This document shows, piece by piece, positions 1 through 21,960 of a stretch of DNA of 64,000 nucleotides. Location of the stretch: the NCBI GenBank assembly GCA_964035545.1, contig OZ037767.1, forward strand, positions 18,754,259 through 18,818,258. The letters run 5' to 3'. Position 1 is the first letter of the stretch, and the number at the start of each line of letters is the position of its first letter. Source of the DNA: Bugula neritina. Its lineage: Eukaryota > Animalia > Bryozoa. Below the pieces are notes generated by a model, which had not been told where the DNA came from, did no database searches, and saw only the letters and a program-made list of their open reading frames with translations. The translations under genes and the position numbers were made by a program.

Positions 1-4
1 CAAA

Positions 5-7497
<7,493 letters not shown>

Positions 7498-9349
7498 AAC
7501 TCTGCAAAAAATATAATCAACATTGATTGAGTAAGTTTGTTATTGTGAGTCAATTATTAAACCAACTGGTTCCATTAGCAGCTGTTTAGCTAAAATTAGA
7601 CAGCATCTTTACTGGAATTAGACAGAACATTTTACTAATAGTCTGGCAGGAAAATGCCAATTTTTGACTTAGATTCGCATTCCTGGATAAACTATTTTTC
7701 TCTCCTAATTATACAAATATAGGGTCTAGGTAAATGTTTCCAGGTAGGTGTGGACTTCTTACCTTTGAGCATTTTGAAAAATTCAAAGTGGCCGCCAAGC
7801 ACCAGGCAATTCTTTAAAATTCAAATGTACTTATCCATTGGGGCTAAATTTAAGGTTCCAATGCTTTGAAATTTTCAAAAATTAATATAATAAAGATGCA
7901 TGTGCTTTTATCATGTGCATTATTAAGTAATAGGCAAATGATGCCCAAGGGTAACTAAGCTAAGCCTTAATCATTCTTTTTTTTAGTGTTTAACCTAGCC
8001 TTGCCTTGTTTATAATTTCCTTGCATCTCTGCATCAGTTTGTTCTAAATTCATAAAAATTTACTACCATATGGGGTGATTTTATATGCTGATTACAAATA
8101 TGTTCACCAAATAAAGCTGAAAGGGGTTCTGCAAAATCCAAATGCATTGTCATTGTCATATGAGCTAAATATAGCAATTTATTTTAAACTAACATGCCTA
8201 TCAATAAAGTTTGTTAAGCTGCCAACTTAATAGTTATTTTCAGTTTTAAAACTTTAGCTACGTTTTTTAAAGTTAAAAAAATTGGTCAAAAACCTTAATA
8301 ACACAACACCATGGTTTCTTAACATAATTTAATTGCTTTATTATTGACACATCATTTATCTAAATATTGAGATTTTTGCTTTCGAAAACTACTTCTACAA
8401 TCAGCACATTTAACTTTTTTCTCTATAAGCATTTGTAAACAGGTTTTTATGAATGAGAATCTATTTTATGCTGGGGGAAGTAATACATCTAATCCCCTTC
8501 CATAAACATTTACTAACAGTTTTTCTCCGTTAATGACCTATGTTGGGTGCACTGAAACACTAAAAGCTGAAACTGATCTGGTAGAAGTAGTTAATTCTAC
8601 TTTTGGTGGTTCCCCAAAAATGCCAAATAGAAAAAGTTTCCCCAGAATGTATGAGATCTGAGAATATTGGAAGAAGAGTCGTTAAAGCTAGTTTTGATGA
8701 GTGTATTAACTAGCATGAAAGACCTTGAAAAGATGTTGATTAAAATTGCAAAGAGCTCAAGAATAGCAAAACTGTGGGTCATGTGCTTTATTGGACCAAT
8801 TTTTACGATCAAAACCCACATCATAGCTGTTAGAGAAGGAGGCTGGGCTATACACCTAGCAATGAAAGAGGAAATGCACTATCTGCATAGCGTGGAGGTC
8901 ATGCCACAAGATGTAAGAATTGAATTCACGGCTGGTAACCACACAATGCATCATAAACACAGCCAGCTCGACGGCATCTGGTCGGACATGACCATTGAGG
9001 TGACCTTCGTGAGATTTGCTCACACCAAGGTAGAATCATTGGCTTCACCACTAAATGTGAAACTCTCAAAGTATGGGTGTACAGCACTTCTGCATGTAAC
9101 AAGATACAGTAAGGCCTCAGTGACATCAGGGATGAGTCTGAAATAAATGCTTTCACTACTCATAAGGATGAGATGCAATTAGGAATCCAATCTGATTCAA
9201 AGGACACGGAGTCTCTCAAACGGAAAATTGAACTCTAGAATGACCCACTCAAAGAAGGATGCCACCGAGTTGCCCTTGTCAATATTGAAGCAGATAAGTG
9301 CAACTGACATATTTACAATATAAATTGGGAAGATCATTTAACAAATGAT

Positions 9350-9620
9350 AATATAAAGGAGGAGACCAAAATTGAAGCCATCGCAATAAGCATGAGGAGG
9401 AGACCTCTTCAATGGTATGGACATTTGCGCAGAAGAGATACAGAAAAAGAGAAAGAGATGGAGGCCAAGGAAAAGTTAATGGATACAGTGAAGGATGACA
9501 TAATGAAATGTGGCCTCTTGGATAAAGATGTTGACAACAGAATCAGATAACACTCTCTGATAGCACTTGGTGCCCTGCAAAACGCCACCCATTCTGGACC
9601 ACAGCGTACTATAAGTGAGA
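9350..9620 (+). mobile_element. 5'-truncated RTE-like LINE 3' fragment inside the Academ element
   Basis: Degenerate translation MRRRPLQWYGHLRRRD...GRPR..LMDTVKDDIMKCGL...VDNR, typical of an RTE-clade ORF C-terminus. Confidence 0.6.
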
Positions 9621-10088
9621 CAAAGCTCTATAATGAACAATTTGCTGCCTTCCCATGGCCTCCCAGGGTGTGATACATTAGCAACAATGTAACATTAGAA
9701 AGGAAGTTGTACTAAGTATCGTGGTAGAAGGAAAGAGTGATTTTGTGACACTGGTGCTTCTTTTCAGGATCATTATTCATACAAGCTACCAAGTTTTTGC
9801 TATGTTGCTACAATTATGCAAAGTGCTCCTCCATGACATCTACAAGTCAAAATGTTTAGGAAGCAGAGGTCAGCAATGCTATTTTCGATGTGCCTTTAAC
9901 TTATGTACTTTGCCTCCTATAGATGAAGCTATTGGACAATGTCACCAGAGCACACCTTCATGTAGCCATATGAAACTGCGGCATTAAACCCACTAGAACA
10001 TTGGTAGGTGAAAGGGATCTAATAGAATCTTTTTTCTCGAAAGGAAGTAGGAAATGATGTTACGCTTACACCAGACAGTATTATGAAG

Positions 10089-10933
10089 TGGATCATTTTA
10101 CTTGATTTGGTTTATAACACTCGATAACTCTAGTTTTTGGTGACTTTTTACAATTTAGCTGCTATTGTATATAGATTTTTGCCTCAAACTATTAAAACTT
10201 TAACAAATAAAACTAAAAAATCAAGGCTTTTCTAATTATGCATGATTTTCTATGTCTTTTCCTAATTTATTAACGTGGGTCATTTTACTTAATTTAGTAC
10301 ACACTCAAAATCTTCAGTTTTTGGCTATTTTTCACAATTTAGCTTGTAATGAACATTGTTTTTTGGCCAAAACTAGTAAAACACCAATAAATACCCCTAA
10401 ATAATCAAAGTTCATTTTAATTTTGCTTCATTTCCTATGTTTTTTCTTAATTATTCAGCTAGTTGTGGTTACAGACTGTTACGGTTTTTTCGTAACGGTC
10501 TGCACATACAGAATATTAAGTGTATATGACAATGACCTGTGCTTTAATGTTGGGGAATCCCCTCCCAGCGTTTTCTGTTATGCGTAGTTAAAACCAGCAC
10601 ATAAAAATACCATGTATAGTAAATTTCAATAGATTTTGAGCAAACTTTAATGTTAGGTCATAATTTGCTGGTGTGTACTAAATGAAGTAAACTGACACTA
10701 GTACATTGAGATATTATATGTGTCGTAATGGTTCACAAATAGATATTTAGCTCGTATGACAATGACGCCATGCTTAAATGTTGCAGGACCTCTTTCCAGT
10801 CTTTTTTTGTTATAGGTAGTTAGAATCAGCAAATTCTATTACCCCATATAATAATTTTTCATGAATTTTAAGCAAACTTTAACATTTTTGATCATAATCT
10901 GCTGATATGTGCTAATTAAAGTAAAATGGCCCA
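10089..10933. mobile_element. MITE with a same-family copy (10276-10700) nested inside it
   Basis: Two left TIRs (10089, 10276) followed by two right TIRs (~10700, 10933); the insertion splits the Academ ORF between PDSIMK and FIKCSC. Confidence 0.75.
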
Positions 10934-11808
10934 AATTCATTAAATGCTCCTGTGGAAGCCAACAATCATGCAAAACAATGAGATATGGCTGTTTTAGTAC
11001 ATCTATCCCATACACAGAGTTCTGCCCGTGTGAAGCAGCAACAGGAGTGTGCTGCAATAAACTAACATTGCTAACAAATGCTAATGATAGAAAAAAAATG
11101 AGAAATGTGTTTAATATGAACTTGAGCGAAAGTTTCTCGCATCTGGATAATTATATATATATTCCATTTTAACTTTAGCTCAGCAATATGCGTCTGTATC
11201 TTTTTCTATTTACTAGCAGTCAGCAATGTTTTTCTTTATATATCCATTCAAACACTTATTCAAAAATCTTGTATCATTTCCCTGCACATCTATTTGAATC
11301 ATCAAAAAAATTGTTTTTGCAACATAATATAGACTTTATGCCTACTAGATTACGATTTTTCAAAGTTGGCTGCCATCTTAGATTTCTCAAAATGCTCAAA
11401 GGTGGCAGGTCCACACCCACCTGGAAACATTTACCTGAACCCTCAAGATGAATAATCAAAAGAGAAAAAAACTTTATCCGCGATTGTGAACTTAACCTCC
11501 AGTTCTGCCAGACTATAACTTTAGATAGCACCTGTAGAGGCTTTGATTAATGCACTAACGGCCACACAAGCAAGGAGAAGCAAAATTACTACTGTTTTGT
11601 AAAATGTAGCTGTTTATTGCTATACACTTTTGATAAACTCTCACACTCTTTTCTGTAATGTGAATTGCTGGTAACGATATAATTGAGTTGATGTGCACTG
11701 ATGCTGCATATGATTATTTAGTTGATCTTTTTTTGTCAGTTTCTTTATTAATCTTATGCATGACTGTGAAACATGGTAAAATGTACAATGCAAGTAAAAC
11801 ATATTAAA

Positions 11809-14765
11809 TGTTGCGACACCAGTGCTAAATGGATGCACTGTGATAAGAGATGAAAGGCGCATATCAAGTGGCTTGTGACCGGAATGCAAAAGATTGTGGG
11901 TGAGATGAGAACTAGGGAGACGAAGCTCAATTAAATAGAAACAAGGTGTGATATTATATAACACTAAAGTAATACTATCGTAGGCCACTGTACACGATAC
12001 CACAAGTAAATTGCTTTAAATAATTTTATTATTAAAAACTGTTCAAAATTTATTACTGAACAATAAACAAATACATAGACAAGTACAAGAGTAAATTGTT
12101 TTGAGTAATTTTATTATTCAAAAAAATTCAAATTTCATTGTTGAACGGTAAGCGCGTACACAGGGAAGAACGCAGCGACTTAAATGATTTGAGACAGCTA
12201 ACTAATTAATCAACTACTCGACTTAACTCAAATGTAAGAAAATATGGCAAACACAATAAACATCCTTCAACTGAAAATGGAGCCTGACAAATAAATAGAA
12301 AGCTGGAACAAATTTAAGAAACAATTTGAAATTGCAGCTATTTCTGTAGAATTTTCAGCAAAGATTACAAAAACAGACAATGAGAGAAAGAAGAGGAAAG
12401 TGAGTAAAAGAAAGGGAATGGCATTGCTAAATAGCTTTGGTAAGGAAGGGACGGAGAGTTACAGAGTAACAGAAGAACGAAACGAAACAATGGCAGCCGG
12501 TAAAATTTGTGTCGAGGAAACTTGCAGAAGCTGAGAAACAGTATGCTCAATTGGAAAAAGAAGCTCTTGCCATCACCTGGGCATGTGAGAAATTTGACTT
12601 CTTTTTTGTAGGGACCTACTTTGAGGCAGAAACAGATCACAAGTCAGTGGTGAAACTTCTTGGAGAAAGCGATTCACCTAATCTTCCACGCCGATGCCAA
12701 CGATTCAAACTGAGATTGATGAGATATAATTTTGATACCTTTCACACACCTAAGAACCAGATGTCTTTAGCTGATCTTTTATCAAGACCAGCAGGAGAAT
12801 GAACACCATGAGAAGGAGCACAAATGAACCATGTAGAAATGCACATGAAAGTGGTTACCGAAGCTAAAAATATTTTTGATGACCAGATCCTAGAGGAAAT
12901 TCGACTGAGGGAATTTGATGATGAGGAATACACAGTACTACTGAGAGAAGTTCTAGAAGGGTGGAGGAGAAGGGGGGAAAATTACAAAAACGAGATTAGA
13001 CAATATTGGACCTAGAGGGAGCACTTATCCTGTCAGACTGGCATAGTGATGAGAGGACAAAATAATAATCCCAGAGAATCTAAGAAAAGGTATGATCAAA
13101 AGAATACACAGAGGTCACCAAGGCCTAGAGAGATGCTTTCGGAGGGCCAGGACTAGCGTTTATTTGCCGGGAATGAGAGCAGATCTACAGAGTTATATTG
13201 AGGGCTGTAAAAAATCCATAATCCATAAAAAGATGAAGACGCTTCCAATGAAACCTTTTGAACTTCCGGATCGACCATGGCACACTCAGGGATCGAATTT
13301 GTTTGAGTACAAGTGTAGAGATTATCTACTTATGATTGATTGCTGTTCGAGGTGGATCGAAGTAATGGGGATTGAAGCAAAGACGGTTGAAGCTGTAGTG
13401 AAGAAAATGAAGAACATGTTTGCGAGGTGTAGCCTCTCATGCAGGCTCCGCAGTGATAATGGATTGTGTTACATGGGTCAAAAATTCAAGGACTAAATGT
13501 ACCAAAGTAAGATAAAGCATATCACCAGCAGTCTCCACTATCATGAGAGAAACGGTCTGGCAGATGAGGTGTACAGACTGTAAAATGCATGTGAGATAAA
13601 GAGAGGGACACAAACCTGGCGCTATTAATATATTTTAATACACCTTTAGACAGTGGAAAATCCCTGTCGAAGCTTTTGTCAGAAAGAAATGTTCGGACTA
13701 ACATTCCTGACAAAGAATCTCCTGTGTCTCAGGAGAAGTTTCATGAGCGAGATAAGGATCTTAAGAGGAGACAGAAGAATGCTAAAGACGAAAAGGTTAC
13801 TGCCAAGCCTGAGGCAAAGTTCAAAGAAAGTGACACAGTATGGGTAAGCTCAGCGGATAAAAAGAGAAAAAGAAGAGTTATTATTAGGGAGAGAGAAAAA
13901 CCAGATAGCTACGATGTCTGAGTAGAAGGTAAGGCACTTAAAATAAATTGGAAACCCATGAGGAAACAAATTTTACAACGACCAATAGAGGATGATGCAA
14001 GTTAATCCGAAGAATTTGAGACAGAGGAGGAGAACGAAGAGGAAGACGAGATAAATAAAAAAAGGAGACAAAAAAAACCAAACAATCTCTCAGGATTACC
14101 AGGAGATCATGGAGAATTGGTTCTAGGAAGCACCTTTCTACAGGTGATGAATGATACTAGTTTGGGAACTAGCTCTGTTTATTATTTATTTATTTATAAT
14201 GTGTTAGCCAGGAGAGAGAACGATGAGAGAGAGAAAAATAGGATGGAGAAAAAAGACTAGGAAAGAGAGGAAAAAAACAGAGAGTGAGAGAAAATTGCTA
14301 AAAGAAGAAAAAGGATAAACAGGAGAGAGATGATGAGATAAGAAAAAGGGAGCTAAAAAGGGATAGCAAAAGACAAAGCGACTATTCGAGAGATTTGAGG
14401 GCAGTCATAGAAAAGAAGAGAAGCAGCCGACACACAGGCAACCGCCCCACAGGCTGGTTGTGCCAATAAACTATATATTATGTTCACCATCCTGTAGAAG
14501 GACTTTCCCAACAAGGTGCCAAGCGTCAGGAAAATTTCTTGGACTTACTGGTTACAAAAAAAAATAGAAAGAAAAGAAGATGTGACGACACCGGTGCTAA
14601 ATGAATGCACTGTAATGCGAGATGCAAGGTGCAAGACAAGTGACTGGTGACCGGAAGGCAAAGGAATTGTGGGTGAGACGAGGACTAGAGAGACGGAGCT
14701 TGATTAAATACAAACAAAGTGTGATAATATATAATACTAGAGTATTACTGTTGTAGGCCACTACA
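11809..14765 (+). mobile_element. Internally deleted Ty3/Gypsy LTR retrotransposon
   Basis: Diverged ~185-bp LTRs (11809-11994, 14581-14765) starting TG, with a polypurine tract before the 3' LTR. RNase H (YAQLEKEALAITWACEKF, TDHK) and integrase (IHRGHQG, RSDNG) remnants are present; RT is absent. Confidence 0.9.
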
Positions 14766-15649
14766 AAACATGTTAAACAAACCAAATATTATAACTATAG
14801 TTGTGTGTGTGGAAATAGGTAAAATATAACAATACTGTAGATTAACCTGATAAAAGGTCCAGTATAACTAAAACATGTCAAACTAGCCAAATATTGTAAT
14901 TATGTGTATAAATAGATAGAATATAACGAAAACTTCAAATCATGACAAATAAAAGAAACAAAACTAACCTGTGCCTCCTTAAAGAAATTGCAACTCAGAT
15001 TCCTTTATTTATTAAACTATGTTATATTATACATAACTGTAATAGATTAAACTTGTAGGGCCCGCTACTATTACTACTCATACTGCCACAGCATAGCAGC
15101 CATAGCCAATGGGCAAAGGCGCTGCTATGGGGTAATTATCTAATCAACAAATAAGCGTAATGACAACTAGCAGTCATTGTGTAGGCAGAAATCAGGAGAT
15201 GTAATGACCTATTTAAATGCAACGCTATGCTAAATGCAATGCTAAAACCTCAATTGACTTTTAATGTAGATGATCATTGCAACTTCCATTTTACAATGCA
15301 ACACCATGAAGTTCTAATATGTAAGATCAAAAAGGTAGAATTACATAATATAATAATAACAAATATAAAAATATGAAATTTGAAAGCAAGTCAGATATTA
15401 TGTAAGAACTATTCAATTGGTCAATATAATATTAAAACTTAATGTAGTAGTAAGGCCTATAGAGCTGTCTCAAGAATAAAATACCTTTCTTCTCTTTACA
15501 AGCTAAAAAGCTCTACTGAACAGAATAGAGCAGCATTTCACACCAGGGATACAAAATTTTGGTGAACAAGATTCATTCTAATACTTTTCATTGGCTATAG
15601 CGCATTCCTGTAATTAAAACTGGCCAGTCACATTGCAGCACACCCTATC

Positions 15650-17960
15650 TTTCCAGCAGAATAATCCGCTAAGGTGGTGCATCACGAGATACTCGTGGCA
15701 ACAGGAATCATCCACATATGACAGCCCACCTAACAGCTAAGCACGGAGAAGGGGGGAGGCGAGTCAATAAATACAGGTTCTTCTCAACCAAAACCTGATT
15801 GAGCCAGCACACAGTGTGCAGAGTTCACCAGTTGTCTTGGTGAAAAAAAAATGGAAGCTTGAGGTTTTGTGTAGATTACCACAAGCTCAACAGCATCACC
15901 ATCCAGGTTACTTACTCCCTCCTAGACAAGTCCCTAGATGTTCTTGCTAGAAGCAAGTACTTTGGTCCATTAGACCTGCTAATTGGGTACTGGCAAGTGG
16001 CGGTTTACTTAGTAGAACCCATGCCATTATCAGCCAGGGGCAACTCCTGTATTCTGGTGCTTTTGGATCACTTATCCTGGTAGGCTGACATCCCGGCGAC
16101 CCCAGATGCGTCAGCCCCCACGTTGGCCTGTACTCCAGATCAACACGTGGTCTGCTACTACGGGCACATCGAAGAGATCCACACAGACCAGGGTGCCCAG
16201 TTTCAGTCCCAACTTATGAACAACTTTTGTTGGGTATGCGGGGTGAACTATGGTCAGGCTACCTCGTATCACTCCTAAGAAGCGGAGTCCTGGAAAGCTT
16301 GGTGACGCCCCAAAAAGTCTGCTCTTAGGCAAAAGTTAGGAAGAATGGGATGCGGTGCTGCACCAGATCATGCGAGCACAGAAGATACCACCAATTCGTT
16401 ATGCCTGGCCAGGAAGCTCGGTTTGGCGACCATCTAGCCTATCATGTTGTACTTTTGGAGAGATTGAGTCACGAATATGTGGGCGAGTTAGTGGACAGAA
16501 TGAAGACAACCCACAATATCTTAACAGGGAGGCAGTGGCAAGTGAGAAGAGATAATTCAGAAGAACCCCAAGCTACCAGGTCGGTGACTGAGTGTGGATG
16601 ATCAGTGACCGCCGGCAATGCAGACAACTACCTGAGCTACAGTCTAAGTTTGTGGGTTCTTAATGCATCATAGAGGCACTGGTCAGCCATACGTACTTCG
16701 TAGAACGCTATGGACAGATCTCTGTCCAAAGCGAGAAACGCATGAAACCGCTTTGGGCCAACCCAGATGCCGTAGGACAAGCACCACCACTACTTGAACC
16801 AACCAGATAGCCTGTCACTAGAAGAAGGATGCCACGACCATGGGAATAGGAGATCACTTTGGACAGGCTGGAGAGAACCGCTGACGAGTCGGACCCACCT
16901 CCTCAGCCTAGGCTTAGGGAAGCAATGCGGGCAATGCTGGATAAGCTTGCAGAGGTACACCCATCACCAGAAGAGGATGAGTTCACCGGTGTGATAGGGT
17001 TGCCCTGGGTTCGAAAGTCAATGCCATCATGGATCACCAGGCAGACTGAGCAGATGATTGAGGATACCTGTGGTGGGCCTCCCAGCACTAGATGCCGCCA
17101 GTGTGAATGCACCTTTTCATCACACCAGCGGCTCTGAGTGCATGCACTCCAACACTTCACATATATGCTCTGCCCAGGCGGGGAATATTCTTATAAGTGG
17201 AACTATGTGTTGAAGCATCGGCACATAGTCCGCTGCCACACCAGCAAAATGTGTATAGTGAGTGCTGCCAGCTACGATGAGTTCAAAGACCTGATACTGC
17301 CCCATGTGGTGGACAACCAAAAGCAGACAGCCCTCATGGAGTGTTTCCCCTCATGCTGACCTACCAGGAAAAAAGAAGATGATGTCCAGACTGGAGCCAA
17401 GATTGAGCCACAGCTCCAAACCCAGCCGCTCATAAAAATGATAGAGGGGGTAGAAGATGCACCTGCTTCAACCAGGCTGCGGTAGTCCCGATGTTCTTTT
17501 CATACCATGGAAAAACAATCCAGCACAAGGAACCAGAAGACGAGGCAAACTCACTTCCATTGGCCGGCTGAAACACTCGACCGCCGCACCCGAGATGTCA
17601 AAGAGGACCTGAGTACTATAGGTCGTAGCCTGGACTAATATATAGAAGGCATTACAAAGCCCTGTCTGCAACTTTGCTAGCTGGAGCAGATGGTATGGCA
17701 CGAGTTGCAGTAGAGAAAGAGCCTGATGACTAGGGTACATTTTTTTGTGTGTAAATCTTTCAACAAGACAGTGTGTTCCGGTTGTCATATATTCGTATTT
17801 GTGATTGGTGGGCAAAGTTTTTTTAAATGGTGAACGCATTTTATCTTTCTTCATTCTTCTTTTTCTTTCGTTGTTTTTATAGTATAATATTTTGTTTTTG
17901 TGTGCTGTATCATTTCTCTATATATCAAAGAGGAAAGGAGTATTGTTCGATGGGGGGAGG
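15650..17960 (+). mobile_element. Degenerate Gypsy fragment: RT, integrase and extra 3' ORF
   Basis: RFCVDYHKLN, LDLLIGYWQV, IHTDQGAQF, KFVGS motifs; downstream Cys/His-rich ORF pieces; G-rich PPT-like tract at ~17951-17961. Confidence 0.85.
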
Positions 17961-18789
17961 ATGCGGAAATTTAGAGACATATTTTTAATACTAACCTTAG
18001 TTCTTTGTATTTGCATTAGTTATTTTCTTTTTAATTGGTAATCTTTCACAGGACTCCAATTTTCGGTTGAGTCAGACACCTCAAAATAGTTCAAGATGTG
18101 CGACTCAGAAGATTCAGTTAGCCGATTAGGGTTCGGGCGTCCGAGTTGGCCATTTTGAGGGCCAATTCAAAAATCGAGTTCCTGATACGGGTGTTTCGGA
18201 CATCCGATGGGTGATTGGGCACTTGAATTCGAGCTAAATTTTGTGCTTCTAACCAGAGATCTTTTAGTATAAAAGGTGGGCGTCTCTTTGTATTAATCGG
18301 TCTTGGCAAAGAACCATTGCAGACTGCAATTTGGACTACTGGCTATCTACTAATTACCTTTTACTTGTGAATGGCTATGCCTGAGTCCTTTTTCTCAGCA
18401 AGCATCTAATGAAGTATATCACAAAAAGTTATGTGTTCAAGCAGCATTGTTAGCAGTAAGCAACTCACACATTTATACAGCACTATGCTAACTAATAAAT
18501 TAAAAGCTTTGCTGAATAAAATGGCTTTATTTTGATTTTGATCTCCTTAAAATTTGTAAGCTAGTGGAGAAGCAGGAAGAAGTGTACAAGCTTTAAAAAC
18601 TCTCATTAGGAAATTGCCAGATCAGTACTTAGCTTTACCATCATATTGTAAAGAATTGCAGTTCCATCAGAAGTGACGCAACTTCTATGCTACGCTCTGT
18701 TGCCTCAGCGTAGTACTTAGAAGTTCTCACTATGATGCGCCACGCTATCTAGTAGCACATTGGATGATCAACACAGTTGGATTGGCTAA

Positions 18790-19089
18790 CCCCCTATTCA
18801 CACTTACCGTATCGTACGCCGTAACAGCAAATATCAGCCATTTTTACAAATGTCTGAGCTTCCTGTACGGCGTTGCAGTACGGTAGGAACAAACACTGCT
18901 TGATTCAAATAAGTTGCGCTGACTCCTATTGGTCAGAAAAACTTTTGCGTCAAGTCATTGGATATAATTGTCCAATGAAGTGTCATAGATCGTACCTAAT
19001 AGCGGACTTTGAAAACTTCAGCCCGGACACATTAAAAATGGCTGATATTTTACGTTACGACGTACATTACAGTAAGTGTGAATGAGGGG
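18790..19089. mobile_element. PIF/Harbinger-type (Tourist-like) MITE
   Basis: TIR CCCC(C/T)(T/C)ATTCACACTTAC..., ~65-bp imperfect inverted ends, TAA on both sides. Confidence 0.8.
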
Positions 19090-20694
19090 TAATGATTGCA
19101 TAATCATTAGCATCTTACAACAGCTGTGCATGTAAATAAGGACTGTGATGCATGAGCCCCACGTTGTCGCAAAGTGGGGCGTGTTTAATTAAGCAGTGTG
19201 CCAATACCATCAATTATGTAGTCTATCTTTTCTTGTATCGTTTTCCACTCACTCTTGTATCATTCGAGTGTAAGAAATCTTTCTCTATACTCGATACTTT
19301 GAATTGGTAATTTGCAAGCATCTTGTTTTAAATACCCACACTTATTGTAAACCCTATGAATTTACAACAATATTGCAGCATACCAACACACTATGGATAT
19401 TCACCCACTTGAATGTTCATGAAAAAACGACTATACGGAATTACCTGTAGACGCCATTACCTTGATACCACATACACCTGACTATGAAGATTTTTTATTA
19501 CAACCACCAGAACACTAAATAGCTACCTACAGTGACAAAAAAGTTCACAGCTTACATAAGTGACTTAGACTAAATTAGTACAATTATAGAAAAGCTACCA
19601 AGCAGATCCCACATCATCACTACTGATGTAGGACAATTGCAAAGAAACAGAACTGTAGGCTATTAACTATTTTATCTCACACTAGGAATCACCAGCAGAC
19701 TCACACTGCAAAGTTCACCAATCACAACACACATTTTTAAGGGTTTTATATTGTGCTGTACTTCTAAATAATAAACGGCTTGGTGGTTGACTTTTGATAC
19801 AAAAAGATACATAAAGATCAAGTTTAAATATCCTGCACTCAACTTTACTTTAAAACACTATTGACTCTTTCAAGCTAATTATATGTTTATAGGAATTTAT
19901 GATGCTAGAGTTCATGGAGAGAAATCAAACTTGACTAAAGCTGTGAATAACGATTATATTACACAAAACACTATCAAATGCCTGCTATTAACAACATATT
20001 AGGTAATAGAACGGAAGAATTTAGTCAATAGCATATTCTTATCAGATTATTCACCACAGAACTAGTGTCACAGCGAAAAACAAAATTTAAGCTTTGTAAA
20101 AAAAAGTCATTCTGAAGCTTGGAATAATAACTTACAGGTTTTAAATGCTGCTAATGTTACAGACTATCACACACTCACTATTAAAAACCTATAAGCTAAT
20201 ATAATTTATATATAAACACTTACCGTAGCTCTCTAAATAATAATTATAAACACTTACACTCAACACAGCTGCTGTTCTGCGGCAAAGTTTAGTTAATTTG
20301 ATTCTTAGGAGTTGGGCTAGTAATTGTTTTTCTCCAAATAGTATCAAAAGCTTTTCATTGGTTGTTTCTATTTGCTATTGTTTCCCTCCCACAATAGTTG
20401 GAAAATGAAATTGAATAGACCTATTGTTATATGCAACCAGTTGTCACAATAGACATACTTTCCCCAAACTTTTCTCTAAAACAGACACTGGATGCTAGTC
20501 AAATATTTTTATTTCAGCTCTTATATACATAAAACTGTTTGCTCAAACATTGAGTAGAAAATCATTATTTACTACTGAATTAACTTTGATATGCTCCTAT
20601 GTATTGATCTGACCAAAATGGTGCGATGGTTATTGGAAGCATACCCCTCTCTGTCCCCAGCTAAACACGACTCTATAGATTATTGTGTAAATAT

Positions 20695-21960
20695 TGTCAA
20701 GGACCACAACTCCGCAAACCATACCACAGCCCCATGCGGCGCCCCGTTATATGACACCACCAGAAGCTGGGCTCATCCAATTTGGATCCACTCTACATAT
20801 GTAAGTGATACCATCCGGCACCCACAGCCAGTTTTGACAGTAGTAGTAGACAACTACGTTAACTATATGTAACATTTTCATAGATTGTGCTTGTTCTCTT
20901 TTGTACTTATGAATTATCTCTATTGTGTATAACTTACTATAATAAAGTTATCTCTTTAAACAATCAACTAGTTAGGTTCTTTGTGTAATCTAACGAGTGG
21001 ATATGCAGTAAATACCAACGCACAACAACACTCAATTAAAGTGCCCCAAGCTACAACAGTGGTGGCAGCAGTGGGATAATTGTGTGTCAATGCGACTGCT
21101 ATCTGGACAATAAAAGGGGTTATAATGGCGGCACCCAATGATGGAGTTTCCGCTGTGGTAGAACAACCTGCACAACCTGCACAACCTCCGCGACAAGATG
21201 AAGGTGAACCGGCAAATCCAAGTGTTCTTGAAAATCAAGTGTCACGGGGCGAGGAGGCTCACAGGAAATTACCTAGCAACAGGTACCTCCTAAAGGTTCT
21301 CGTCTTTACTGGCAATGAGGACATAGAGCAATTCATTCAGGAGTTCAGTGACGTGGTAGCTGTCACCCAGTGGCCACCCTGTGTGGCCCTGTTGAAATTG
21401 CGGTTGGCATTGGCAGAAAAGGCCAAACCCTATGGGTTACAACCCGACGTCAACAATATTTTTGCTGCACCAGTTATCAGTGAGCAGTACACCTTTGATG
21501 CATTTGTGCAGTCGGTAATTGACGTAGGGCTCCATCACCAATTTCTGGCGAACGGAATCGCGACGGTCAAAAATGCACAGAATAAAAGTGAAGCTTACCT
21601 GTTGGCTACTCAGCTACACAGGAGCCGTGCAAGTTCCCGTCAAGTTAAAACAGAGTTGACAACTACTCATAGTAAGGTTGAAGCGGTGACCCGCATAACT
21701 GTTGCCATCACCAAGTCTTCAACAAACTCTAAGGTTGTGCAAGTGACCGACATCGTAGGAAAACTGGTGGAGGCACTCACGCAGTCACCAGCGGCAAGGC
21801 TTGCTTGCAGACCTGTGAGGTCGGGAGTGGGGCCCTGAAGGATCAGGCCATCACCTGTTAGAATTGTGGTAACCGAGGGCACCTTCGAGGGAATGCCTCT
21901 CATCGCATAGGAAGTTACATTCTCCCGGCCCGCAGGAATTTCCGCCAGCTGTGGGTCGGA
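20695..21960 (+). mobile_element. Gypsy 5' LTR, tRNA-Leu PBS and gag fragment
   Basis: TG...CA LTR 20695-21058 with AATAAA. PBS TGGTGGCAGCAGTGGGAT (21060-21077) is complementary to a tRNA-Leu 3' end. Gag-like ORF 21080-21838 (FTGNEDIEQFIQEF) is followed by a frameshifted zinc knuckle. Confidence 0.8.

Larger units (their letters stand above)
7639..11515 (+). mobile_element. Degenerate AcademX-like DNA transposon
   Basis: ~160-bp imperfect TIRs TAGTCTGGCAG...CTGCCAGACTA with a 3-bp TAA target duplication. Broken ORF pieces AVREGGWAIHL, GIWSDMTIEVTFVR, LCTLPP and a C-terminal Cys cluster IKCSCGSQQSCKTMRYGC...EFCPC match Academ transposase-XPG-Cys8 organisation. Confidence 0.75.

Noticed and set aside
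19370-19700. Possible non-LTR retrotransposon 3' remnant
   Set aside because: Too degenerate to assign by eye.
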